NCBI RefSeq assembly: GCF_009914755.1
Contig: NC_060931.1
From: the human T2T-CHM13v2.0 reference genome, Homo sapiens
Length of the DNA: 64,000 nt
Strand: one strand, 5' to 3'
Of the stretch, positions 51,621 through 64,000 are shown piece after piece (within the stretch, counting starts at the first letter, position 1; the number at the start of each line of letters is the position of its first letter). The notes under the pieces were generated by a model. The model was given only the letters and a program-made list of their open reading frames with translations, ran no database searches and was not told the origin of the DNA. A program made the translations under genes and the position numbers.

Positions 51621-54618
51621 TGATCTCTTATTAAAATACATTTATTAAAGTATGAAATTTAAACTATATATTTTTTAGTTTCTTTGAGGTACTATGCTTA
51701 TACCTTCTAAAATATAATGGGTATGAAGTGCAAAATCGTAATTATTTTTTGTTGTGAAAACAAGACTCCAAGTATACAATGGATAAATTACTCCATTTAA
51801 ATTTAACATTGACTAAACATGTTAGTCAATTATATCTATCTGTGTCAGAATAAAAAATCAGTCAGTTTGTCATTATGTTTATCAAAACCAATAATTTGTT
51901 TAAAATGTGAACTTGTGGAAGGTCATCAAGACAAGGTAAATTAAACAGAAAAACATAATATCTTTTTCTCTTTAGCCTTTGAAACTTCTTGCCCAATACG
52001 TTTTAAGCAATTTACCATTTGACAGATTTCAGGTTTGATGGATTTTATTTATAATTTTACTGGACAGGGTGAGAAAAGAAACTGCTTTTAAAAAAAGGCC
52101 AGAATATAGAGAAATTTATTTGTCCCACTGTTAAAGAGCTTTACAAGGGAAATTTTTCATTTCAGTGTTTGAAAATCTTATTGGGTTTCTTACTTTAGAT
52201 AATTACTTCTTCAAATAAATTTTGCCCACTAATTTCCTCTGGGACTTAACTTGCCCACTTGTCATTCAGTATATTCCTAGAGAGTAACTTGTTTTGTGTT
52301 TTCTGAAATCCATTCCAATTGTTAATTCTGATGTGAAATCAAGATAGCTCTCCTTTGAGATTTCAATTTATTTAAATTTCTTTTACTAAAATTTTCTCTC
52401 TTTATATAGGCTGGCCACATTTTTCAAATATTTGTCTTCTAAATTACTGTATTAACTTTCTACCTTTTAAAATCTATTATAAAAACAGTATCTTTTGTAT
52501 TTTTCCAGGAAGAAATTATTATTTTTTAATACATTTTACTTCATTTCTCAATGGCTTTTTTTCTCCAGCATGTCTTAGAGAGTTTTAGGCTATTTCTCCA
52601 TGTGTAGCTGAAGAATACTTACCTTATTTTAAAGATTCAGAAACAACACTAGACTCTATAATAAAAGAAATGATTTATCACTCCCTGTCCAGGAAACATC
52701 ATTATTTTATTTTTCTGGCTTTTGTATCTTGTGAAAAGATAACAACTTTAAGTTGGTTTGGTAATGATGCATATATCGTATTTTTTTTCTCCCTATGACA
52801 CATTAGACTGAAGATGATATGACTTTGACACTCATTCAGCTGAATTTCATCTGAAATGCTTTCCACAACTGAACAATATCAAGCATTTGGCTCATTTCCT
52901 GATATCATTAAACAGCAAACTCATTGCCGACTACATTTAACTCATTTTGTTGATTTTCTTTTGTAAAGACATATAGATTCAGGTTATTTTAAGCTGGATT
53001 TCCTTTCTTGTGTATTTTTCTTTCCAGAGGTACTGAATTTTGCTCACTTGAGAAACACATGCATCTGTGTGTTCATGTGCGTGCACATAAACACACAGAC
53101 ACATACAAACAAGTAAGCCCTGATATCTCATACAATTTTGAGACGTAGAATTCTTTTCAATTGAATTCCATTTTAGTGGCCAGCTAATTAAATGCTACTA
53201 TCTGCTATTTCAGGTTTAAGAGCTTTTAAAAAAAATCAGAAGAATCATATTTTTCAAACGATATCTGATACAGAAGTTTGATGTAAGGAATGAGAATATT
53301 TTGATTTAAAAGTGAGTGTAGGGCCAAAACTCCACATTGTTGTACTTTCCATTCTATGCAGAAGCCTCTGAAGATTGTATAATACAAGGAAGTATTTTTC
53401 CTGGCAGTCCTTTCTAAGTGAAACAATTCTGAGTGTGATTGGTGGGAATACATTCTACATGTTTAGAATTCACCTATAATAGGAAATGAGGAACTTCTCA
53501 TGGGTTATCAGTGTTACATTAGCTTATTTTGGCATTTTTCATTTATCAGCTCTGTCAGGAATGTTTCCTATCTATTTCTCTGTTCTTAATTTTCCCTTAG
53601 ACCTTACCCACTAGCTCAACCAGAAAACTGATCCACAGAGCTAGACACCCTATGAGTGGAGTCACTGCTTCCCCTTTGTCCATTCTCTGTCATATGAAGT
53701 AGGCTTCATACAGACAAACATACAGGGTTGTTTTATCCACTAGGTAGAAAAGAGTCAGGGATCAATAATCCCAGATTAGAAAGGTGAGGATAGGAATGAC
53801 CCAGCCTATCCTTATTTTAGGGATTCAGACAGGGATATCCAGATGTATTGTCATGGTGTCATATTTATGAATGGATTCTTCTTCTAGAAAACATAATGCA
53901 GGCTTGCTCTCAGCACTATAATATTTGACAGAGGAAAATAAAAATTGGAGGAAGTAGGCATGATATTTATGTAAATTATATAAATTCTTGTGTTACCTCC
54001 TATCCTTATTTCCTGCCTTCCCACAGCCCAGAATATTTCAGCAAGATGTCTAATGGTGACTGACATTTATTTCCATACGTATTAAATTTTAATACAAGTT
54101 CACTTAATCATGCAAACTATGTCTTCAGTCTCTTATTATCCCTCTTGTTTTACTGAATCGCCAGTAAAATGGATTGCTTGATCAGCTGAAAAGCAGGGGG
54201 TACAAAATAAAATAACATTTTATTTTATAGGCCTCTAACAGAGTTTGAGGCATTTGTCTCACTTGCCAGCTATGCAAATCCATGTTGAGAATAAGCATTC
54301 GTTCTGGTCAAGATCCACCAGTATCTACTTGAAGCTATGGTTAATGGGCCTAAAATATATATTTAATAGCTGTGTGCTGGCCTTAATTCTCTTGGTCCAC
54401 AGCCCATAGTTACCTTTAATCTCTGATGCTCTGTTAAAAAACAGAAACATTTGATAGTCACATTTCAAGGTTCTAAATGGAATAATAAGATAAGGCTCAT
54501 ATCACTATTCCTGCTAAAACCATGTAACTGCATAAAAATAAGAAAAAATTTTACAAATTCAAATTGAGGACGTTTTACAAAATAGCTGGCCAGTGACCTT
54601 CAAAAGTGTCAAGGTCCT

Positions 54619-55304
54619 TGTAATGGACTGAAAATTTGTGTCCTTCCCCTCCAAATTTATATATCGAAGCCCTCCCCACCAGTGTAAGTTATTGGGAGAT
54701 GGGGCCTTTGTGAGGAAATTAGGTTTAGATGAGGTCATGAGGGCATAATCCCCGAATGGAGTTAGTGTCCTTCATTTTTTTTTTTTTTTTTTGAGATGGA
54801 GTCTCACTCTGTCGCCTCGGCTGGAGTGCAGTGGAGCAATTTCGGTTCACTGCAACCTCCGCCTCCTGAGTTCAAGCGATTCTCCTGCCTCATCCTCCTG
54901 AGTAGTTGGGACTACAGGTGCGTGCCACCACGCCCAGCTAGTTTTTGTATTTTTAGTAGAGACAGGGTTTCACCATGTTGGCCACGATAGTCTCAATCTC
55001 TTGACCTCATGATCTGCACTCCTTGGCCTCCCAAAGTGCGAGATTACAGGTGTGAGCCACTATGCCTGGCCTAGTGTCCTTCTAAGAAGAGGAAAAGAGA
55101 TTACAGCTCTCCCTCTTCACCATGTAATGACACAGTGAGGAGACAGGCAGCGGCAAGCCAGAAGGAGAGCTCTTACTAGGAACCAAATTGCCTGGCACCT
55201 TGATCTTGGACTTCCTAGCCTCCAGAACTGAGAGGTAAGTGTCAATTGGTTAAGCTATCCAGTCTATGGTATTTTGTTTTATCAGCCTGAGCAGACTTCA
55301 CACA
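54619..55304 (+). mobile_element. MLT1A/MLT1A0 solo LTR, containing an AluSc
   Basis: tgtaatggactgaaaatttgtgtcc...tttagatgaggtcatgaggg...gcaccttgatcttggacttcc; TSD gtcct/gccct. Confidence 0.87.
54775..55071 (-). mobile_element. AluSc-like
   Basis: Full dimer; TSD tagtgtccttc at 54763-54773 and 55072-55082. Confidence 0.94.
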
Positions 55305-56033
55305 GCCCTGAAAGCAAAAGAAGACTGAAGAACTGTCAAATATTAGAAAAGACAAAGGAGACAGGACAACTAAATTCAACAGGGGTTTGGAGAGTCAATC
55401 CTGTCTGAGGAGGAACAGTCATATGCAGGCCAAGTGCAAGATGTTGAATGATGTCATCAATGAGTTAATATTACTGTATTGATGCTATTTTCCTTGTTTA
55501 CAAAAATTGTTTTATGTTTGCCTAAAATAGGAAACAGCTAAAAAGGAGAGGAGAATATACTGGAATGTACTGTGGAAACTCACAGAACTAAAAGTATTAG
55601 GGAAGTTGAGGATGGGTTATGAAAACTCTCTTTAATGTATCTATAATTTTTCTGTAAAAAATTATCTCAAAGTAACAGGCTGAAACAAAGAATGAATGGG
55701 TAAGACTTCCACATTTAAATAGGAAAAAAATTAATTTTAAATGAAAAAACTTCTGCTGGCATCATTACCATTTAACATTATTTCAAAAGCTGTAAATAAT
55801 GCAATTTAGACAGAAAAACGAAGAGGCCTAACTATTAGCACAAAAAAAACTTACAAATTTTACAAGTGATATAGTCACATATTTTGCATGCTTTAAAAAG
55901 TCAACTGAAAACTGCTAAAATTATATGTATCATATAAGCAATAATATACCTAGTTATAGGAGGAACACACTCATGTAGGCTCAAGTAGAGCATGCAACAA
56001 ATACATTAGAGTAGTATTCTCATATAGTTTGTA

Positions 56034-56114
56034 TTAGGTTGGTGCAAAAGCAATTGCTGTTTTTGCCATTACATTTAAATTGCAAAAACCTCAATTACAT
56101 TTGCACCAACCTAA
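56034..56114. mobile_element. MADE1 (Hsmar1 MITE), full length
   Basis: 81-bp imperfect palindrome ttaggttggtgcaaaag...ttgcaccaacctaa flanked by TA. Confidence 0.95.
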
Positions 56115-56208
56115 TAGATTGGCACTTTTTGTTGTAACAAGCCATAAGTGCTGGCATGTGACCGTGACCCTGGCTTAATGAAACTAAGGGTTCTGTTCCT
56201 AATATATG

Positions 56209-56212
<4 letters not shown>

Positions 56213-56297
<85 letters not shown>
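56213..56297. repeat. Compound (CA)n(GA)n microsatellite
   Basis: Seen directly. Confidence 0.97.
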
Positions 56298-56299
<2 letters not shown>

Positions 56300-56419
56300 A
56301 ACATAAACCAGATAAGGATCAGAGCTTGAAATGAAGCCAGTTCTATGAATCCCAAGTCTTTTTATCTAGGGCTTTAAAGAGAATATAAACTTTTCCTCCT
56401 CCAAAATTGCATAGATTAC

Positions 56420-57370
56420 ACAATAGGTGCTTGAATATGGTAGTCGTAGTGGCAGGGGATGGAGCCTATGCCTGGAGTCACAACTACAGGCTCCCATTTA
56501 CCAAGATTAATCTAACTACTGTTACTGCCAAATATCTAACCTGACATCAATAGAAATCAATGATAAGTTGCTGATATAACATTATTAACAAGAGAAACAA
56601 ACCACATAGTAGCAAATTGGTACTATATCCTTTCTACTCTACACAAGGTAGTAATTAATTCATTCTGACAATAACCAACTCTTTTCACTGCATGTCTTTG
56701 CATTTCCTGTGCATAGGGCACATGCACATGAACTCACAAAATGTTCGATCCACCAACACAGCACAATATATTAAAATACACCACATCTTAATAGCACAGA
56801 AGTTGCAGAAATTAATGCATGAGAATGGGATGTGTTGGTCCTATCATATACCATATATGGAATCACCCAGAAATTAGCAGCATACAGCAATAAAGCAGTG
56901 GAAGAACAGCCTGACGAAGTTGCAGTGCAGGTGCCAGTTTTGAGATGATGCCCATGAAGATGAGTTGTCATCTGACATGAAACCACTCTAAATTAATAAC
57001 CATTATACAGTCTGCAAGCTCATTGTATAAAATATAGCAAGGGTTAGAAACAGATATGGCTCCCATTACCCTCACCCAATGACCCCCATGGGGAATTTTT
57101 CCCTCAACTTGAGTCTCTGTTGATTTAATGGTTCTCTTTCCAGAAAAGAGAACACTTCTACCAGAGGAAACAAAAGTCAGTAAACTTTAAGCTAAATCTG
57201 CTGCCCAGGAACTTTTGTTTTCTCTCTACAAAAAGTCATCAGGTAAAAAGTAGACTACCTATTCTAGCAAGGGCAATTGGACCTGATCTGCAGGTTGAGA
57301 TAGAACGGCTGTTATGTAATGAGATAAGCAGGTATTTGTTTGGTACTCAGATGTGTCACCTGTCCAACTC
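56420..57370 (+). mobile_element. ERVL-class internal fragment (decayed integrase and downstream region)
   Basis: Translates to DGAYAWSHNYRLPFTKINLTTVTA and HENGMCWSYHIPY, resembling ERVL IN motifs DGGYAWAQQHGLPLTKADL and GIHWSYHVP. Confidence 0.75.
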
Positions 57371-57384
57371 TTAGATTTTTCTTG

Positions 57385-58310
57385 TACAGTTTTAAGTAAT
57401 TTTTGTTGAATTGTGTTGAATTTATAGACCAAATTGGGGAGAATTGATATGGTATACATCTCTGTCTACGGAGGTCTTTGATTTCTTTCATCAGAATTTG
57501 TAACATTCAGCATAAATATCATGCACATATTTTGTTTAGGTTTATACCTAAATGCCCCATTTTGGGGGGGTGTTATAAGTAGTATTTGTGTTTGATTTCA
57601 AATTTCACTGTGAGCATTTCTCATATATAGGAATATAATTGACTTACTGTGTATTGGTCTTGAATACTCTGACCTTGGTAAATTATTTATTACGTTCATC
57701 CTGTTTGGTGTCCTCTCACATTATTGGATTTGGGGTTTAGCGTCTGCCACTAATTTTGAAAAAAATAATGTTTGCTTTCGTGATCATTTATTCAAGTATT
57801 TCTTCTTCCACTTTCTCCCTTTATTTTCCTGCTGAATTACAATTTTGATTATGTTATGTCATTCCATATTGTCTACAGGCAATTCTTGGAAGTGTGATTA
57901 CTGTGTTTGTACTTTTTTTTCTATTTACCACTACTTTTCTCAGCATTCTTCATTTCTGTTATAATGTTTTTGACTTCTAGCATTTTCATTAATTCTTTTT
58001 TATAATTTTCATCTCTCTCCTGAAATTATCTTTCTGATCTTGTGTGCTGTGAATGTTTTCCAATAGAAACTTTAACATGTCATTCATAGTTATGTGAAAC
58101 TTCTTGTGGATAATTCATATGCCTGGGTCACATCCAAATTGAGTTCTAGTAATTTCTTTGTTCTTTTCAGACTCTGTTGTTTACTTACCTTTCAGTATGC
58201 CTAATAAATGCTTGTTAAAAGCCAGATGTGTTGTATAGGACAATAGATTTAAGTAATTTTTATTCTTAAAGATTAGCATAACTTCTCTTGTCCTAGGTGT
58301 TAATATTTTA
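57385..58310 (-). mobile_element. Old L1M fragments (ORF2, then 5'/ORF1 region)
   Basis: ttgtgttgaatttatagaccaaattggggagaattgat; ggtctttgatttctttcatcag; ttttcatctctctcctgaaatt. Confidence 0.7.
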
Positions 58311-58327
58311 AATATTTTTAATACTAC

Positions 58328-58382
<55 letters not shown>
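58328..58382. repeat. Perfect (ATCT)13+ tetranucleotide STR
   Basis: Seen directly. Confidence 0.97.
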
Positions 58383-58384
58383 AC

Positions 58385-58625
58385 ATTTATTAACTGATCA
58401 GTACCTGTTTGCCCTGTACTGTCCTTGGGAATAAGTTAGGATTATTGAACATATCCCCTGAATATAAAAGAAGTTACACACACAAGATCTTACTCAAGGA
58501 GCTCCCATTCTGTTTAGAGAAACAGACCTGAATGAAATAATTTCAGAATATTTACAAAATGTTCTTCCACTATCTTTATGTAAATAACAAATTCTGAAGA
58601 GAAAACCATATAAGTGAGCTGGAAT
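58385..58625 (-). mobile_element. L2 3' fragment
   Basis: catttattaact...tactcaaggagctcccattctgtttagagaaacagac. Confidence 0.45.
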
Positions 58626-59087
58626 AGTGAGAAATGTCCTCACCTTTAGAATACATAGCCACCAGAATCAGGGGATAGGTTTCTATTAGGTGGGGAGATC
58701 TAGAACTTCAAGCCTGTATTTCTGCTTTGTGAATTTTAGGCTGTTGGGATTGTCAGACTCACAGATCTCATTCATATTAGGGCACTAGAGCCTAGAATGT
58801 GTTTCTAAAAACCACATTTCTTAAACATCACTCAGTTTATAAAAATTATTTTTAAGGTTCCATATGCTAACTGCTGAATCCTTTGACATGGACTTTGAAT
58901 ACTCCCTATAAAGAAATTTGCCACATTCAAAAGTGGATATGTAATTAAGATATTTCAAATGCTAACTACTTGTGCAGTTAAAATTAATTTTGTTATAAAA
59001 ATTATCAAAAATTTGAAAATTTCAGCTAAAGGTGAATGGCACGTTCTTTCAATGTCATATATGTATGAAGGCCATCCAAGTATTTAT

Positions 59088-59222
59088 CAAGGGCAGAAGC
59101 TGACAAATATTTTCTGTAAAGAGCCAAATAGCAAGTTCCTTTCCCAATAAAACTTTATTTGTTATAGTAAAACAGAAATCAGGCTGGTTTCAGCCTGAAG
59201 CTTGTATTTACTCACTCTTGAT
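59088..59222. mobile_element. MER58A-like hAT MITE, internally deleted
   Basis: caaatattttctgtaaagagccaaatag...ccaataaaactttattt...caggctgg. Confidence 0.65.
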
Positions 59223-59792
59223 CCAGGCATGGGCACTTTTGTGTCTTACTATTTAACATTGATTAAATTTCCCAGAATTTTGATGTTACATGTTAACTTT
59301 TAGAGGTTGTCTGGTATAGATGAAAATAATTTATTTCCAGTATAAATAATAACTCCCCAAAATACAATTTATTACACTGCAGGAAATTAACCAGTTGTGT
59401 ATATAATACAATATATACCAAGCTTCCCAAATATATTATTATCCAACAATTTATATGGAATATTTCAAAATAACCACAGACAAAACAAATAGCATGCAAA
59501 TTAAAAGAGTGTGATACTCTAAATCAAGGAATTATTGATATCTGGTTTACTATTCCCTAGCAGCCAAAATAAAACATTTATTTCATCTTGATTTCTCTTC
59601 CAAGGTTAATTGTATTACTGACTTGTGCTTTGATTTTGATGAAGGAAGTTTGATATGCACCTCTCCAAAACTGTTCAAACAATCCATGTATCAGATAGAA
59701 AAGCAACTGAGAGTTGAGTGTTGTTGTAGGGAATAGTGGAAAACCTTTCATAATCAAAGACAGAAATTTATCTCTGTCTCTGTCTCTTTCAT

Positions 59793-59814
59793 ACACACAC
59801 ACACACACACACAC
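59793..59814. repeat. (CA)n microsatellite
   Basis: Seen directly. Confidence 0.95.
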
Positions 59815-60804
59815 AGAGAAATATACACAAAAATCACATAGAAAAATGTGCATTTTATCAATAGTTTACTAATGTGAACTTTTCCTCCAACTCTCACGAT
59901 TTAAATATGAATAGAAGCCAACACTTGAATAATATCAACTACCCATGGCATCACTAAATGCTGCTAAAATGTTATTTCTTTGATTGCTAAAGAAATTAAT
60001 GACCACCTTGAGTTGTATTTTAATAGCTGGCATGTATTTAATAGCCTAAGAAATAATACTATAACTGACACTAATTTCTATTGTTACATTTATTGCAAGG
60101 CTAAAAATAATGTTGCTAAGCAACAATTTAAAATAAAAGAAACTAAAATGTATTTTCCATTCTAAAAACATGAACAACTTGGCTATACTAAAAACTTTTC
60201 ATTAATTTAATTGACCAGTTTTGTAACTGATAACTGGAAGTCATGATAGATTTCATTCAAATCCAAGATTACCTGGACTGTTTTCAAATCATTTTTATAG
60301 AAAAAACAATAGTACAATAGTTTAAATATATATAATTGTATTTGTTTATTCATTACTCCTCTGAGTGAACATTAGTATTCTACAGAGCTCTGGAGCAATA
60401 TTGAGTAGTGGTCATGGAGATATTTCAGCTCTACTTTCTTCTTTAAAGACTATGCCTTTGTGCACAGCTCCCTTTCCTGAGGGACAAGGTGATGTTGGCA
60501 GAGCAGCAGACATGGAAATCATGTTGCAGTAACACAGAAAATGAAGGAGTTCTTTGGGGAGAGACTGAAAGAAAACGTTGGGCTTAATTACAGTTGAGTT
60601 AGATACAACAAGGGAGAGGAAGGTTAAAATAAATATTTGGTATTGATTCATGGGTCATTATGAACATTTCAATACCTTTCAATGATACAAAATTATAGTT
60701 TTACATAAAGAACATTGCACATAAGAAATTAGTGTCCACAAAGCAATCCAGACAGAAATCAATATGTTTAAAGGTATGTTGAAAATAGAATACTTATACC
60801 CATG

Positions 60805-60835
<31 letters not shown>

Positions 60836-61039
60836 TAATCAGACTCTTGTATTTTGTATAAAGATTTCAAAACATGGGAGAAATAGATTGTTATTACTGC
60901 AAATAGCAAACCTTATATTACATTTCTATGTAGGTAAGTTAAATGTTTAGAAAAATGCTCATGGAATTGATTATGTTAATAAGGGAACATCTTAAGACTA
61001 ATTCAAAAAATTTGGGAATGCACAGGAAATTGAACACAC

Positions 61040-61155
61040 GACAGTGCTGAGAAAAGAGCCCAGAATAGAAAGTAGTATGACCTTAGGAAGTCATGTGAGC
61101 ACTATGCTCCTTAGTTTGGTTCTCTGAAAAACAAAGAAGTTGATTAAAGTAGTCA
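61040..61155 (+). mobile_element. MIR/MIR3 fragment
   Basis: tatgaccttaggaagtca...ccttagtttggttctctgaaaaa. Confidence 0.5.
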
Positions 61156-61759
61156 TTGGTATGTTTTTTTTTTTTTCCATCTTCCACCCTTTACTCCATG
61201 CCAATCACTATCGCTTAAATCAGTCTTAAAATAGGCTGTCATACACTGCCATAGTTGCTTTAATGATTTAATTTTAATTTAATAATTTAATTTTTGCAGT
61301 TAAAAAATATATTGTATTATATCTGTCTGATGATACCGCAACATATTGCATTGTATCTCTCTCTTCCTGTATGTCTTAAAAAATTTTGTTAAACATAAGA
61401 AAAGTTAAACCTAAGAAGAAATATCCTCTCCATAAGTAATATTTTGTTTCCTGTTCTAAAAGCAAAGTAAAATACAATTTTAATGAAAAATTTCCAGCAC
61501 CAACAATTAGAGAAAATATCTGTTTCCAACATTCATAATAGCAAACCTTAAGATATTTCCTTCAGATCAAAATGTTTAAAGATGAATTCCAGTTTAAAGC
61601 CCTTAACCTATGAACCTACTATTTCCCACCCTGTGAGGCATCTTTCATTAGAGAAAGCCATTATCCCAAAATTGGAGTGTATCCTCTGCCTCTATGCTTG
61701 TTACTCTCCTATGCTGAGTTTTAACACAAATTTTATTATGGGCTTTTTGAATTATTTTA

Positions 61760-62345
61760 AAACTTAATGTAACTGTCATTATGCTATATCATTCTTCAAC
61801 TTGATACTTTTAAGTCACATTTTTGCAATGAATCTATGGTAAAACATATAACTTCTAAAATGACCATATAGTTCATTACAATTTCTTATGTAAATATAAT
61901 ATGTTATACTTCCTTGTGTAAATATAGTACATTATATTTCCTTGTCTAAATATAGCACACTTTTCCCATTTGTTACCTATTGTTTCCATTTCATTTAGCA
62001 TTGATGACATTCATGAACAATTGTTTTCAGAAATTATGAACCAATGTAAAACCATGTATATTTATAGAATTCGCTACACTAATAACATAATAATCAAAGG
62101 ACCATGTCTTTCCTCAGTTCTTCTAGGTATCGATAAATTGCTTTCCAAAACTGCTGGACTAATGAACACTTCCCACATTTGTGTATGAAACTCTCTGTTT
62201 CTCTACAATATACTAACCATTTAGTATTGATTTTTCACTGATTTCATTAAGTGTCACTAAATGTCAATAGATGTGCAATAGTATGATTTGTTCTTAATTT
62301 GTATTTACCTGGTTACTAGAGAGTTTGAGCTTCATCCTTAAATAT
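61760..62345 (-). mobile_element. Old L1ME 3' fragment
   Basis: aaattgctttccaaaa...cacttcccac...gtgtatga; ttaatttgtatttacctggttacta. Confidence 0.6.
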
Positions 62346-62423
62346 TTCATGAGGTCCACCAAACAATTCTTAAAGATGAAATACTATCAATATTTCCATT
62401 CAAGTTAGCAATAAAAAGAAATG

Positions 62424-62700
62424 CAAATGCTCCTTTACTTATGAGTGGATTGCATTCTGATAAACTCATTGTAAGCTGAAAATATTTTGAACTGAAAATG
62501 CATTTAATACATCTAACTTCCCAAACATCATAACCTAGCTCATCTTAAACATCTTCAGAATACTTACATTAGTCTCCAGTCAAGCAAAAATCATCCAATA
62601 CAAAGCCTATTATATGAGAAATTGCTGAATATTTCATGTAATTTATTGAATAGTGTACTAAAAATAAAAAACAGAATGGTTCTATGGGTACTTGAAGTAA
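62424..62700 (+). mobile_element. MER47A-like Tigger MITE, 3'-truncated
   Basis: caaatgctcctttacttatg...gaaaatgcatttaatac...aaacagaatggttctatgggtacttgaagta. Confidence 0.8.
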
Positions 62701-62709
62701 CAGTAACAA

Positions 62710-63990
62710 AGTAACAGATTTAATATTGCTTAGTAATAGATAAAATTGCTATGTGATTTTATACCTAGAAAATTCAACAAATATGAGTATTGTTGCTTAT
62801 AATATGTAAAAACACATTTTAAAGATATGGTGACTAAAAGGTATTTTTAGTGAAAGCATAGCCAGATAATTATAGACCTATGATGATAGCAGACTTTAGT
62901 GTGTATACATTTGACATTTAAAATCATTGAAATATGATTCACTATTCACAAAATAATAATGAACCAATTTGCTCATCCAACTGAAAAACAAAAATAAAAC
63001 TATAATTTTCTTTCACTACAAAAAAACCGCATTCATTAAATTTCCAAGTAAAAATTTACACACAGACAAAAAACTGAATTAAAACACAGTTATGATTTAT
63101 ATTATTTTTTAAACAATAAAAAATAAAATTCAGAGAGCTTGAAACAAATGTTTTCAGGTCATCTCTAAATATTTTAACAATGTACAGGAAAAAACTAAGA
63201 GAAATGTTTGAAACATATCATTATAAAATGATTAATGTACACAGAAAAAAGAACTACCACAAGCAAGACAATAGATTATTAAGTAGAGGAATTGCACAAG
63301 CAATTCACAGAAGAAGTAACTCAAATGGCCTATGAGCATATGAACAATGCCAAATACCTTTAGTAATCAGTAAAATGAAATTAAAATAACCAAAATATCT
63401 AATAGTTTGCCCACCATGTTATCACTCTTCATTTGTTAATATTACATTTAACAGTATGTGGGGAAAATTATACTTTCATAAAGTTCTATTAATATGTTGT
63501 GGAGGACAATTTGAGAGCCCTCAGAACTTAAATGTAAATATTCAAAATTCAACAGTTTGATTTCCTATGGAAATATATTTACATTTAGACAAAAAGATAT
63601 GTAGAAATGTTTAATTGCATCTTTTACTGTAATAATAAACTATTGGATATTAATGTAATTTTATTAATAGAAAAATGGTTAAGTGATTTATGGCACATCC
63701 AATTCAAGCAGATGTTAAATGTGATATAGCTGTTAAGCATATTAATCTTTATTGTAGTGACCAAAAAATATGTTGAAAACACTCGTACTGAATAAAACAA
63801 ATATAATGAGTAACAGTGGCTTTTTCTGAGAAAAGGACTGGAATTATGAATAATGCTTGGTGAGAGAGATTTTGAACATTCTACTCTGTACACTCAATTT
63901 TTAGAATAACTTTTAATCTACCTTTGTATTACAATACATGTACATTAAAATAGTCAGTTTCAAAAGATATATCTGAAACTATTCATGAAC
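62710..63990 (+). mobile_element. Old L1M(E) ORF2 and 3' fragments
   Basis: caagcaattcacagaagaagtaactcaaatggcctatgagcatatgaacaatg; aatggttaagtgatttatggcacatcca. Confidence 0.65.
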
Positions 63991-64000
63991 ATTTAGATAA

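Larger units (their letters stand above)
54485..55690 (+). mobile_element. L1MC4-like 3' end split by MLT1A
   Basis: caaattgaggacgttttacaaaatagctggcc..caaaagtgtcaaggtc | aagactgaagaactgtc..ggagacaggacaactaaat. Confidence 0.7.

Noticed and set aside
59179-59198. Hairpin tcaggctg-gttt-cagcctga
   Set aside because: 8-bp arms are expected by chance in 64 kb, and it lies within a MER58A-like remnant.

Overview
This is AT-rich, gene-poor primate genomic DNA. Alu (including AluY), L1PA, THE1/MST and MADE1 elements point to a catarrhine, plausibly human, and the window looks intergenic or deep intronic. I recognise no host protein-coding exon, tRNA, rRNA, CpG island or CRISPR array. Every protein-like ORF in the track comes from a transposon: L1 ORF1/ORF2, Tigger1 transposase, the MaLR internal ORF, ERVL integrase or Alu. 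The stretch from about 24 to 45 kb is almost continuous nested TE: an L1 carrying an MSTA provirus, a near-full-length L1PA13-16 carrying an LTR9 and an Alu, then MLT2B, Tigger1 and old L1M. The 11-23 kb and 50.5-54.4 kb stretches are largely unique. I find no evidence of a new biological system. The most interesting signals are structural scars: (i) an AluSc whose left target-site copy sits inside a fold-back inversion at 20.2 kb, (ii) an orphan, tail-less young L1 fragment patching a junction at 42.7 kb, (iii) an Alu-L1 fusion with no TSD at 6-7.3 kb, (iv) an octamer-bearing LTR9 inside an L1 5'UTR, and (v) an unassigned ~1.1 kb segment splitting an LTR33-like LTR. There are also a few candidate non-coding exons and regulatory elements. 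Subfamily names come from recalled consensus sequences and need RepeatMasker/Dfam confirmation; boundaries of old elements are approximate.
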